A stretch of DNA of 64,000 nt from assembly GCA_964016885.1 (NCBI GenBank), contig OZ024741.1, positions 370,388,001 through 370,452,000 on the forward strand, read 5' to 3'. Below are positions 41,655-52,900 of this stretch, piece after piece. Position numbers and translations under genes: made by a program. The notes beneath the pieces were generated by a model. The model was given only the letters and a program-made list of their open reading frames with translations. It did no database searches and was not told the origin of the DNA. The DNA is from Eledone cirrhosa. Taxonomy: Eukaryota. Numbering within the stretch: position 1 is the first letter of the stretch; each line of letters starts with the position of its first letter.

Positions 41655-42090
41655 GATGCGGCGGTGGATTGACAGTATTAGTAGAGGGTCGGACACCATG
41701 TTTTCCAACATAGTTACGTCCCTTTACGGTCTGAGTTCAAATGCCGGCCAGGTTAACTTTGCCTTTCATCCTTACGGGGTCGATGAAATAAAGTACAAGT
41801 CACGCACCGGTGTAATTGCTGGCCTTGTGCCAAAAGTAGAAACAATTATTAGTAGTGGATGCAAGGGCAGTTACTGCTGGCAGTATCGGTAGAGCGTCAC
41901 ACACCATGCTTCGCAGCATAGAGTTACGTTCCTTTAAGTTCTGAGTTCGAATCCCGCCGAGGTTTGTTTTACCTTTCATCCTTACAGGGTCGATAAAATA
42001 AAGTACCAGTAAGCACTGGGGTTGAGTTAACCGACGTTCCCCTCCCCTTCAAATTGCAGGCCTTGTCCCTAAAGTAAAAACAATCATTAG
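41655..42090 (+). mobile_element. Two tandem copies of the main SINE
   Basis: 41655-41850 and 41860-42090, each with gagttc(a/g)aat B-box and cctttcatccttac(g/a)gggtcgat domain; another minus-strand copy at 42381-42560. Confidence 0.85.
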
Positions 42091-42231
42091 TAGTAAATTC
42101 GATAGTACATAGAAGACACGAAGAAACGCGTTCCTCCGTGTTATGTCTCCGTTGTAGAATCAATTTAATAATATAAGACTCGTCCTATGGACTGAGTGTT
42201 CTACACCTTTGATATCATTACCAGACCCTAA

Positions 42232-42284
<53 letters not shown>

Positions 42285-42648
42285 GTCAATGAAAAAAGAG
42301 TTCTTTGATTTGTAATCAACTGATTTTTATATATAATAGATGCCAACAACTCAACGGTGTAAATGAATCTGGAGTAATATAATTGTTTCTACTTTTGGAA
42401 CAAGGCCAGCAAATACCCAGTACATTACCGGTACTTTATTTTATCGACCCCGTAAGGATGAAAGGCAAAGTTAACCTCGGCAGGATTTGAACTCAGACCA
42501 TAAAGGGCCGTAACTCTTTGCTGCAAAGCATGGCGTCCGACCCTCTACCGATACTGGCAATAAAGTATATATCTTTAAGACTCTATTCCTGTTAATTCAA
42601 GAGCGTTAAACCGATAGATTTCGTCAATGTACTGTATCGTTTGCTTTG

Positions 42649-42728
<80 letters not shown>

Positions 42729-43263
42729 GAGAGAGGGAAAGATTGAGAGAGCTGTGTGTGTGATCTTTTGTATAGATTTGATACGTGTGTGTATATAGCT
42801 GTCGATGTAAAATGTGTGAATGTGTGTATGTGTGTGTATGTGTGTTTGTGTGTATGTATGTGTGTGTACACAGAACATGGTGGGTGATCAATTATTTCAT
42901 TATCTAATTGATTGATTTATTGTAAAAGAAGTATAGATGGATGCATTGAATGGTAAAGTTGATCAGATCAATAGATAAATAGAATGATTGATTGATAATT
43001 ACAGAAAAGAAAGAGAATTTGAAATAGATGAAAATGTCTTGACAGCTTAAAAGTAGGAACCGATATAAATATACATATACACACAGATAGACATACCTAC
43101 ACACACACACACGCACACACAAATAATTATATATATATATATATACATATATAGATATATAATACTGGAACGAAGGTATCGAATAGGACCGATACAAGTG
43201 TGTGTATATATATATATAAATACACATACACAAATACAAGAGAGAGAGAGAGAGAGGGAGTGG

Positions 43264-43306
<43 letters not shown>

Positions 43307-43341
43307 GATCTCTAAGAGGTGGGTCTAGAAAGTATCCGATT

Positions 43342-43371
<30 letters not shown>

Positions 43372-43375
<4 letters not shown>

Positions 43376-44200
43376 AATAGAATGAAACGAAATTTCATTT
43401 CTCACTCTTAGTACGGCTGATACTTAAATGTAAGCATGTATGCATACGAACATACATATATGTATACAGACGTACAGTAGTATGTATATATATACATACA
43501 TGCACACATATATATATGCACGTATCGGTTTACCGGACATTTATTATATATATATACATACTACTGTACGTCTGTATACATATATGTATGTACGTATACA
43601 TACATACATACTTACATTTAAGTATCAGCCGTACTGAGAGTGAGAAATGAAATTTCGTTTCATTCTATTCCATTTATCGTTTTTCGGTGTGCCCGGCCGA
43701 CTGAACTCACTCGATATGCAAATTAGACTGCTCAGCCGTTAATATGCATAAGGAAAGTATATACTTTCAGACGTTCAACCATCTGGCAGGAAGGTATACG
43801 ATGCTGACGATAGCTAATAAGCTTGAAACTAGTACATCGTTCCTGTGTCAGTGTTGAACAAAAAAGTGACGTGGTTGCCTAAACACTGTACGGCGTAATT
43901 CGGGCTGTTTGTTTACAAACAAACAAACCGAGCATTATAATAAATTTTCGGTAAACCGATACGTGCATATATATGTGTGTGCATGTATGTATATATATAC
44001 ATACTACTGTACGTCTGTATACATATATGTATGTACGAATGCATACATACATACTTACATTTAAGTATGTAAGAGAAACACTAGTGGGCAATGATGAAAC
44101 CATACATTTCCATGATGTGAGGTGCTCTACTACTTACATTTTTATTTCACCCCATACTACCATCATTGATCTTGAGTGCATGAATACCCTGGTAATTTGA
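43372..44200 (+). mobile_element. Non-coding PLE/retrozyme-like element: ~443-nt unit with terminal redundancy and an inverted junction copy
   Basis: catactactgtacg...cttacatttaagtat at 43557 and 44000; 43372-43547 is the reverse complement of 43936-44068 joined to 43626-43673. Confidence 0.75.
43773..43859 (+). ncRNA. Type I hammerhead ribozyme with extended, bulged stem I
   Basis: acgatg CTGACGA t-agc-taataa-gct-t GAAA ctag TA catcgt (43798-43840); distal pairs cagga/tcctg and gttcaac/gttgaac. Confidence 0.85.
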
Positions 44201-44543
44201 GGTGTGTTGAGGGTGTACGTGTATGACCCGGAAACCAAATCACAAACATCCTTGTGGAAGCATCCAACGTCGCCAAATCCCTACAAAACCAATTTGGTGC
44301 CGAGCAAAAGTTCATGCTGATTATTTTATTTGACTACCGAGTCATTATGCATTGCGAATATACACTAGAAGGGCAATCAGTAACAAAGGAGTGCTATCAG
44401 GAAATCGTCCAACGGCTGCAGTTTGGTACAACACATTGTTTCAGTGTGCCTCGCAAAAATGACAGCTGCATCCTGACAATGTTCCGACTCACACCTGGCA
44501 ACAAATGACATTTCGCTCATTTACCAGGCATATCTCTCTTGAT

Positions 44544-44849
44544 CAGTCATGGGCAACCTGTGGCCCGCGGGCCGCATGCGCGCCGCGAAGCTTTCTTAGT
44601 GGCTCGACTAAGTCACTTAAGTGAAATCTTTCTTATTTTTGACTCCAACTTTTCAGTCGTAATTTATCCTTCTATCATTTTTATGATCCAGGAACACAAC
44701 GTGTACGAATTCTGAAGAAACAAATCAAAGCAACCTGAGTTACCGCCCTTTTTTAATGTGGGCATGAATGTAAATTAGCGCTTGCGGCCCGCCTAATGAT
44801 GAGTTATATCTCATGCGGCTCGATTCTCGAAAAAGGTTGCCCATGCCTG
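44544..44849. mobile_element. hAT (Charlie-like) MITE
   Basis: TIRs cagtcatgggcaacct / aggttgcccatgcctg; 8-bp TSD ctcttgat / ctctagat; subterminal ggcccgcgggccgcatgcg. Confidence 0.9.
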
Positions 44850-45432
44850 CTCTAGATCTATTTGCAGCTGACTTCTAGTTGTTTCACATAATGAAGATAC
44901 CACCAAAAGGTTCCCTCTTTGAGAGCCCTCAGGATATCATGCACACTACAATCGCGCAGTTGAGAGTCATTCCGGAAGAAGGTTCCAAGCGTTCTTCGAA
45001 CAGTGGAAAGATCGCTGGGATAAGTTTCTGGAAGGGTAAGACGCCTGCTTCGAAGGAGATTAGCTGCTGAATCAAGTGCGAACCAAGTGCCTGACGCCAC
45101 TTAGCCTAAGGTCGGATACTTTTTCGACGGGTGTAAATATCTTTCTTCTTTATTTTTTTCTGATGAACGATTTAACATCAGATAGGTTAAACTTTCCTCA
45201 TTTCCTCTTTCTTTCTAATAAGACTATTATCATTCTATCACTATTTGTCCTTTTTTAAACTTCCTCTTTTTTGCAACACACACACATACATACACACACA
45301 CAGATACACACACATATACACACACATACACACACACACACACACCTACTCACTCATATACACACTCACACTCACACACTTACGCACACACATATATAAT
45401 ATATACACATAGATATATGTATATAGATATAT

Positions 45433-45501
<69 letters not shown>

Positions 45502-45846
45502 TTATGTGTGTGTTGCAAAAAAAGAGAAAGAAGGAGAGGGGGATTGTTGCTTGAATGATTGGTGAGCAATATATAGTTAAGTAAAGAGGATACAAAAATA
45601 AACGAGAGAATTACTGAGATATTTCTAGATATAAACATGACCAAGTCCCTGCCCCCAAGGAACGGTTATTTCAAGATTCCACAGAGAAATGACATGACCA
45701 AGTGCCTGCCTAAGGAAACGTTTATTTCAAGACTGCACAGAAACAATACATTACCTTTTATTTAACGATGTGTTTAATTGTGTTGTACTTAGAAATTTTT
45801 CCATTTAGCAAATAACTTGATCCAATAACAGTCTGTTTCGCTTCCA

Positions 45847-45942
<96 letters not shown>

Positions 45943-45946
45943 TGTA

Positions 45947-46961
45947 TAACGGCGATGAATTAGTTTTGCGAGGTTTTTTATATGAAATCGTGTGTCGAAA
46001 CAAATATTGTTATACTTGGCGAGGGTCATATTTGTGTAATATTGCCAGAATTAATAACAGAACACACTCACTGTTTGGTTGGTTTTCGCTTCTGTGTCTT
46101 TTATATCGGTTAATTTAATTTATTCGGTCCTCAATGTTACCATTGACTGACCAATGGTCAAAAATACAGATACAATATAGACACAAACACATATATATAG
46201 TCTAACAAAGTTCTTTCGTTGCACATCTGCAACATCGTCAGTGGTGCTATTATGTTTCCTCCCGTACTATACGAACATGCCAGACAACAACACAACGGTA
46301 ACATAGACAACATAGAAATTAGAATAATATCTAAACATAGAAATGACCCAGCAGATAGGCAAATCAGAGAGGCCAGCGAAATAGAACTTAGAAGGCCAAG
46401 GCTAAACAGAAAAAATGAATGGAATAACAACACCCAAACAAACAATACTGACCTAATAGAAGTATAAATAAATAAATAAATAAATACATACACAAGCACA
46501 ATAACAACAAACACATATAAACACACGCTAGTAAACTAAGATAGAATACAATAACCGATACACTGTCACCCAAAAACGAACACACATCAAACAAAACACT
46601 ATACACACACGCAAACGCATGCGCAGAGAAGACAAAAAAATAAACAAATAAATAAATAAATAAACAGACTAAATAAAGATCGTGTAGGCATACAATGCAA
46701 CGGGAGGAAACAAAATAGCACCACTGACGATGTTGCAGATGTGCAACGAAAGAACTTTGATAGACTATATATGTGTTTGTGTCTATATTGTATCTGTATT
46801 TTTGACCGTTGGTCAGTCAATGGTAACATTGAGGATCGAATAAATTAAATTAACCGATATAAAAGACACAGAAGCGAAAACCAACCAAACAGTGAGTGTG
46901 TTCTGTTATTAATTCTGGCAATATTATTATACAAATATGATCCTCCCCAAGTATAACAATA
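45947..46961. mobile_element. PLE with inverted structure: ~260-bp arms, GIY-YIG endonuclease C-terminus in the spacer
   Basis: Arms 46005-46265 and 46700-46961; + strand 46267-46467 YEHARQQHNGN..IRIISKHRNDPADRQIREASEIELRRPRLNRKNEW; HHR-like CTGACGA-t-gttgca-gatg-tgcaac-GAAA at 46724-46751. Confidence 0.85.
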
Positions 46962-47187
46962 CACATACATATATAAATTTATATATATTTATGGACAAAC
47001 ATAGATATATTGATCCATTCAAACATCTCTCTTTCTCTCTGCATACATACGCATAATGCATACATATATTATACGCGCAATTACAATTATATTTACATAT
47101 AATTCTTTGTATGTGTATGTATTTGCATATGCACTCTTATAAAAGTATGTAATGTAATATATACATCTATGTGCATGTGTATGTATG

Positions 47188-47270
<83 letters not shown>

Positions 47271-47420
47271 TTTTCTAAAAAAATGAATCATACACAAAAC
47301 GCCAGCACCAACAGTTTTGCAAGAGATGTCAACATGAATGGACATGTTATTTTTATCTAAAGACATTTTTTCCAATTCCATTCTACCCGTCCCCTCAATC
47401 TATCTTATTTTTCATTCTTT

Positions 47421-47454
47421 CTTCTGATGAAGGACTAGCGTCCGAAACGTAAAG
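47421..47454 (+). ncRNA. Minimal type I hammerhead motif (PLE family F, fragment 47270-47485)
   Basis: ctt CTGATGA a-ggac-tagc-gtcc GAAA cg TA aag; palindromic ACGT stem III. Confidence 0.75.
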
Positions 47455-47480
47455 TCCAATATATCCTTTCAATATACTGT

Positions 47481-47527
<47 letters not shown>

Positions 47528-47530
47528 ATA

Positions 47531-47830
47531 ATAATTGTTTCTACTTTTGGCACAAGGCCAGCAATTACCCAGTGCATTACTGGTACGTTATTTTATCGAC
47601 CCCGTAAGGATTAAAGGCAAAGTTTTATATATAATAATAATAATTGTTTCTACTTTAGGCACAAGGCCAGCAATTACCCAGTGCATTAGTGGTACTTTAT
47701 TTTATCGACCCCGTAAGGATGAAAGGCAAAGTCAACCTCGGCGGGATTTGAACTCATATCGTAAAGGGACGTAACTATGCTGGAAAGCATGGCGTCCGAC
47801 CCTCTACAGATACTGCCAATCCACCGCCCT
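47531..47830 (-). mobile_element. Two tandem copies of the main SINE
   Basis: Full copy 47641-47830 and truncated copy 47531-47625, each with an (ATT)n tail. Confidence 0.85.
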
Positions 47831-47974
47831 ATATAAAAATAATAATAGTAAGAAGAAGAAGAAGTAGAAGAAGAAGTTAACAGGACTAGCATAAGTTTTC
47901 CCTGCTACTATCGGTTACATTACAGCGTACTTATGTAAACATCCCAGAGTAGACACAACGAGTACCATGAATTT

Positions 47975-48091
47975 ATACCCGTACTCGAGTTTCGGCCACA
48001 CTTAATGCAGCAAGAGAGTGTACAGCATCTATTGTTTACATTTATCATGTAATAATGCACAATCGGTGCATGTGGCTTCATCAGCGGGTAT
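47975..48091 (-). ncRNA. Type I hammerhead ribozyme with a large branched insertion in stem II
   Basis: atacccg CTGATGA a-gccaca [~75 nt] tgtggc-c GAAA ctcgag TA cgggtat; 7-bp perfect stem I. Confidence 0.8.
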
Positions 48092-48433
48092 CGCCTAATC
48101 AATAACCAATCGATCGACAGAATTCGATTCCAGTCCGTGGCGCCTATGGCAGTAAATGTGTCAGGCGACTCAGTAGTACATTAGTACCTGAAATCCCTAC
48201 GCGTCATCAAAATACCGTCAACCGACAGGTCACTGGTTCAGAAATGTACGTGATGGCTAGGAGTCTAGATTCTATGCCGCTCCATAAGTACTCAACCAAA
48301 ATATCTCAAGTCACAAAATAACAAGTCAGTGAAAATATCGGTTATTAAACAAAACAGAATAAATGTGGAAAATTGCTCAACTTACTCTTTGTCTCTAGAA
48401 CACTTCTAGATTCTCAGACAAATTACAGAGGCG

Positions 48434-48529
<96 letters not shown>

Positions 48530-48877
48530 GAATGTATGCATAGTATATTTGGCAATATACCGTATGTTTAATTAAAAACATTTTGAAGACCTTACTCTAT
48601 CATTTTTAAAGTAGTGACTATGTCACTTACTTCTTTTCGGCGAAAGAAGGCAGAGAAGGTAACAGTCTGTTTCATGCTGTTTGGCAATCATCAAAGCTAC
48701 GTACTGCCCTCTTCCACCGAAAATTATAGAAGCTGGATTCTTATAGAAATCCAGTAATAATCAGGAGCTGATTATACAGATTGCCGGTCCAGCAAAAATT
48801 AAGTATATATATATATATACATATATATACATATATATATACTTAATTGTACTATATATGTATATATATACATATAT

Positions 48878-48965
<88 letters not shown>

Positions 48966-49516
48966 TAGAAATGATTCTATGGACATACTTTATTGTATAT
49001 TGCTCTGATTGTTGATTATTTAATTAATTAATTCCTCATTGAGCCACATCGTGAATGGTCGCAAAAAAACATATATCTATATATCTATGACTTTGTCTAG
49101 TTTGTGTACATGTAAATCTTTATATTTGATAATCTCCCATATGTTTGAGATGCAATTTAGGCAGTATTTGGCTGGGGTTTCTAGCAACAAGCCCACTCGC
49201 CGCAAGGCACCAATTACATTCTTTCTGACATGACCACTGCCACGTCACAGTTCATTTTGAATTCGTTTCTGGCGAGGATCATTTAAGAAAACTCTTCGTC
49301 CAAGTGAGTTTGTTTCCTGATGATTTCGAAACTCGTGAATTTATCCTTGATCAGATATTTCCAATATGCGAATGAAACCTCATGGGGTAGAAACATAATT
49401 TTGGTATGCTTATATACATTTTTTCTTCTAACTTTGATTTTATACCTAATTGTGTATGGTTGACGATATATTTAATTGATTTCCACGTGCTATTAGAAAT
49501 GCTGGGTAAATATTCA

Positions 49517-49583
49517 ATGTACTGGGTAATTGCTGGCCTTGTGCGAAAAGTAGAAACAATTATTATTATTATTATTGTTATTA
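49517..49583 (+). mobile_element. 3' end of the main SINE with (ATT)n tail, abutting the Dong-like array
   Basis: actgggtaattgctggccttgtgcgaaaagtagaaacaattattatt. Confidence 0.8.
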
Positions 49584-49943
49584 CTCTTTGAGTCTCAGTC
49601 ATTGATGTTAGTTAACTGGAAAGTTTGTTGAGATGAATATCAAGCCACTACCTGCAGCCTCAGATATTCAGGACGTATCGGAGGGTTCTTGCTGTTCCCA
49701 GCAAGCATGCATTTTGAAGCGTTCCAAAAAGCGTGAAGGGGCCAATTTTCTTTAACCATCCCTGGAAACTTTTTGAGATAGTCCCTAGTGCGCCTATGAC
49801 AATCGGGATCACTTTGACTTCATGGCAGTTCCAAATCCTTTTTACCTCCCACTTTAAGTCCTGGTATCGGTTAATTTTCTCCCTCTCCTTCTCTTGCACT
49901 CTCGTGTCGAAAGGGAAGGCCACATCCACAATCAGGCACGATC

Positions 49944-49947
<4 letters not shown>
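49584..49947 (-). mobile_element. Dong/R4-like element copy 1, heavily 5'-truncated
   Basis: DVAFPFDTRVQEKEREKINRYQDLK...RYVLNI plus the same 3' UTR; (TAA)n on both sides. Confidence 0.92.
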
Positions 49948-49986
<39 letters not shown>

Positions 49987-49997
49987 GTTATTGTTAT

Positions 49998-52900
49998 TCC
50001 TTGAATCTCAGTCATTGATGTTGGTTAACTGGAAAGTCCGTTGGATTGAATATCAAGCCACTACCTGCAGCCTCAGATATTCAGGACGTATCGGAGGGTT
50101 CTTGCCGTTCCAAGCAAGCATGCCTTTTGAAGCGTTCCAAAAAGCGTGAAGGGGCCGATTTTCTTTAACCATCCCTGGAAACCTTTGGAGATAGTCCCCA
50201 GTGCGCCCATGACAATCGGGATCACTTTGACTTCATGGCAGTTCCAAATCCTTTTCACCTCCCACTTTAGGTCCTGGTATCGGTTAATTTTCTCCCTCTC
50301 CTTCTCTTGCACTCTCGTGTCGAACGGGCAGGCCACATCCACAATCAGGCACGATCTTTTTTCTTTGTCCACAACCACCAGGTCAGGTCTATTGTGTTCC
50401 AGTTTTTTGTCCGTCTGTATCCTAAAATCCCACAGCACCTTCACCTGACTGTTCTCCATCACCGCCTCTGGCCTATGCTCATACCATTTCTCAGAATGTG
50501 GTAGATTGTTTACTTTGCACAGGTGCCAGTGGATCACCCTGCCCATCACATCGTGTCTCCAGCCCTTATAGTGGGTCTGGGCTAGGTGTTTACACTCGGA
50601 CACAATGTGAGCCACAGTCTCCTCTCTCTCTCCACAGATCCTGCACAGTGGGCTAGCCTCCTCCTTGTAGATATGGTGCTTCAACCACTTCGTTTTGAGG
50701 GCCTGCTCCTGCGCAGCCATTAGCATTCCTTCTGTAGCCTTTTTGAGGTCTCCTCTTCTCAACCAGTTCCATGTCTGTGGATCTCTAAATTCAGTTTTCT
50801 CAAAGAAGGTACTATGAAGGGATTTTCCCTTAAGGCTGCTCTTCCTCCTTGATGTTATTTCCTCCTTGGGTATCCCCTGGCCCACTGTCCCCTCCTTCAG
50901 TACAGCTCTGAGCATTGGCTCCTTACTATAGGTCACGTATTTGTATAGGTTGTTTTTCTCCATCTGAACACAGTCCTCTATGCTGATAAGACCTCTTCCA
51001 CCCTCAGATCTCCTTAGGTAGAGTCTATCGACATCACTCCTCTTGTGGAACATGTTGTAGATAGTCAATAGCTTCCTAGTCTTCCTATCCATTTCTTTTT
51101 GTTCAGCAACATTCCATCTCAGAATTCCCGCACTGTACCTAATAATAGACACAGCTCGGGAATTTACTGCGCTTATGGCATTTCTGCTGTTCAGATGTGA
51201 CTTCAATACGCTCCTTACTCTCCGAATGTATTCAGTTCTTAACAATTCCTTCATTTTTTTGTTCTTTATGCCATCAGCCTCCAGAACGCCCAAATACTTG
51301 TATCCTTCCTCAGAGTCAATTTCCTTTATCATCTCACCTGTTGGTATCTGGATCCCGTTACTTCTGCTCAACCTACCCCTCCTCATCACAATGACTCCAC
51401 ATTTACCAATACCAAACTGCATACATATATCACTGCTGAAAATACGGACAGTGTCAACAAGCACATCCAACTCCTTCTCACTTTTCCCGAAGAGCTTAAG
51501 ATCGTCCATGAAGAGGAGGTGATTGATGGTAAGCTCTCCCCTTCCCAACTTGTATCCTGCTCTCACTTTTCGCAGCATAATGGTCAAGGGCATCAGGGCA
51601 AGGACAAACAACAGAGGGGACAGGCTATCTCCCTGGAAGATACCTCTCTTGATCTTCACGCTTCCCAAGGATACTCCAGTTGATGTCAACTCTGTCTCCC
51701 AGGACCCCATACTCCTGCCCAGCAACTGTCTGATGTTATCTGCCACCCTGAAGATCTCCAGGCTTTTGGTGATCCAGGAATGAGGCACCATGTCAAATGC
51801 CTTTCTGTAGTCTATCCATCCCATGGCAAGATCAGTGTGTCTCCTCCTGCAATTCCCCATTACCATCTTATCAATAAGCAACTGGTCCTTTGTACCACGT
51901 GACTTCTTTCGGCATCCTTTCTGTTCGTCCGGCAACAAGTTGTTTGTGTGGAGGTGATGGTAGATTTCCTCAGACACAATGCTCGTCAACAGTTTCCACA
52001 TTACGGGCAGACATGTGATAGGTCTATAGTTGGTAACATCATTACCCTTGATTCGGTCTTTCATTATCAGAACTGTGGTACCTTTTGTCAACCACTCTGG
52101 CACCTCACCCGACACCAAGCAGTCATTGAACATGGCCGTCAGCTTCGGGTGGAGGGATGTTAAATGTTTAATCCAATACCCCTGCACACCATCTGGGCCT
52201 GGTGATTTCCAGTTGGTTAGTTTTTTGGCTTGCCCCTTAAGAGTTTCAACTGTGATACTCAAATCAGTCTGTTGCTGTGCCTGCTCACCGATCTCCCTCT
52301 GTACTGTCTCAATCCACCCTGCCTGGGCATTGTGTCTAACATCCTGCTCCCATATTCCTCTCCAGAATGTTTTAGCTTGTTCCGCCCCAGGGATCAACTC
52401 GGTGCCTCTTTCTTTCCCCTCAAGCTGTCCAAACAGCATCTTCTGGTTGTTGTCGAACATGCGGTTCTGTTTATACTGACTGACTCTGTTCTCGTATCGC
52501 CTGATTTTGGCACTCTTTGCTACAATGCGTTGCTTCAATTCCTCTATGATAATATTTAGCTTTTTACTCCTAGTTTTGTATTTTATTTCCAGTCTATTTT
52601 TAGTGCCTATGTTTTTTAGTGTCCCATTCAGTAGTGACTCAAGCTTTCCTATGTCATTTCTCATTTCCCCGATTTGCCCACTCAGTCGCTTCTTCCACCA
52701 CGGCTCTGCTCTTTCTTGTCTGTTGTTTCCTCTCGCTTTTATACCAAGTAGTTTCCTCACCGTATTTGCTGTTGCTTTGAGGATATTGTTGCACTGGTGA
52801 AGACTCCTCGCCTCAAGGTATGGGATGACTTTGTTTACCTTAGCTGTTGTTTCTTTTAACTTTTTCCTGTCTACAAATCTTAGGTTTATAGGTCTCCCAC

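Larger units (their letters stand above)
43313..45135 (+). mobile_element. Decayed mariner (Tc1/mariner) transposon with two nested insertions
   Basis: TIR cores aaagtatccga / tcggatacttt with TA ends; transposase remnants VYDPETKSQ, KFMLIILFDYR..HCEY..EGQSVTKECY, LHPDN, YSPDL-region DF*LF, QWKDRWDK, FEGD*. Confidence 0.85.

Noticed and set aside
49314-49340. CTGATGA-tttc-GAAA hammerhead-like core
   Set aside because: No stem II and no valid NUH triplet; at most a decayed relic.
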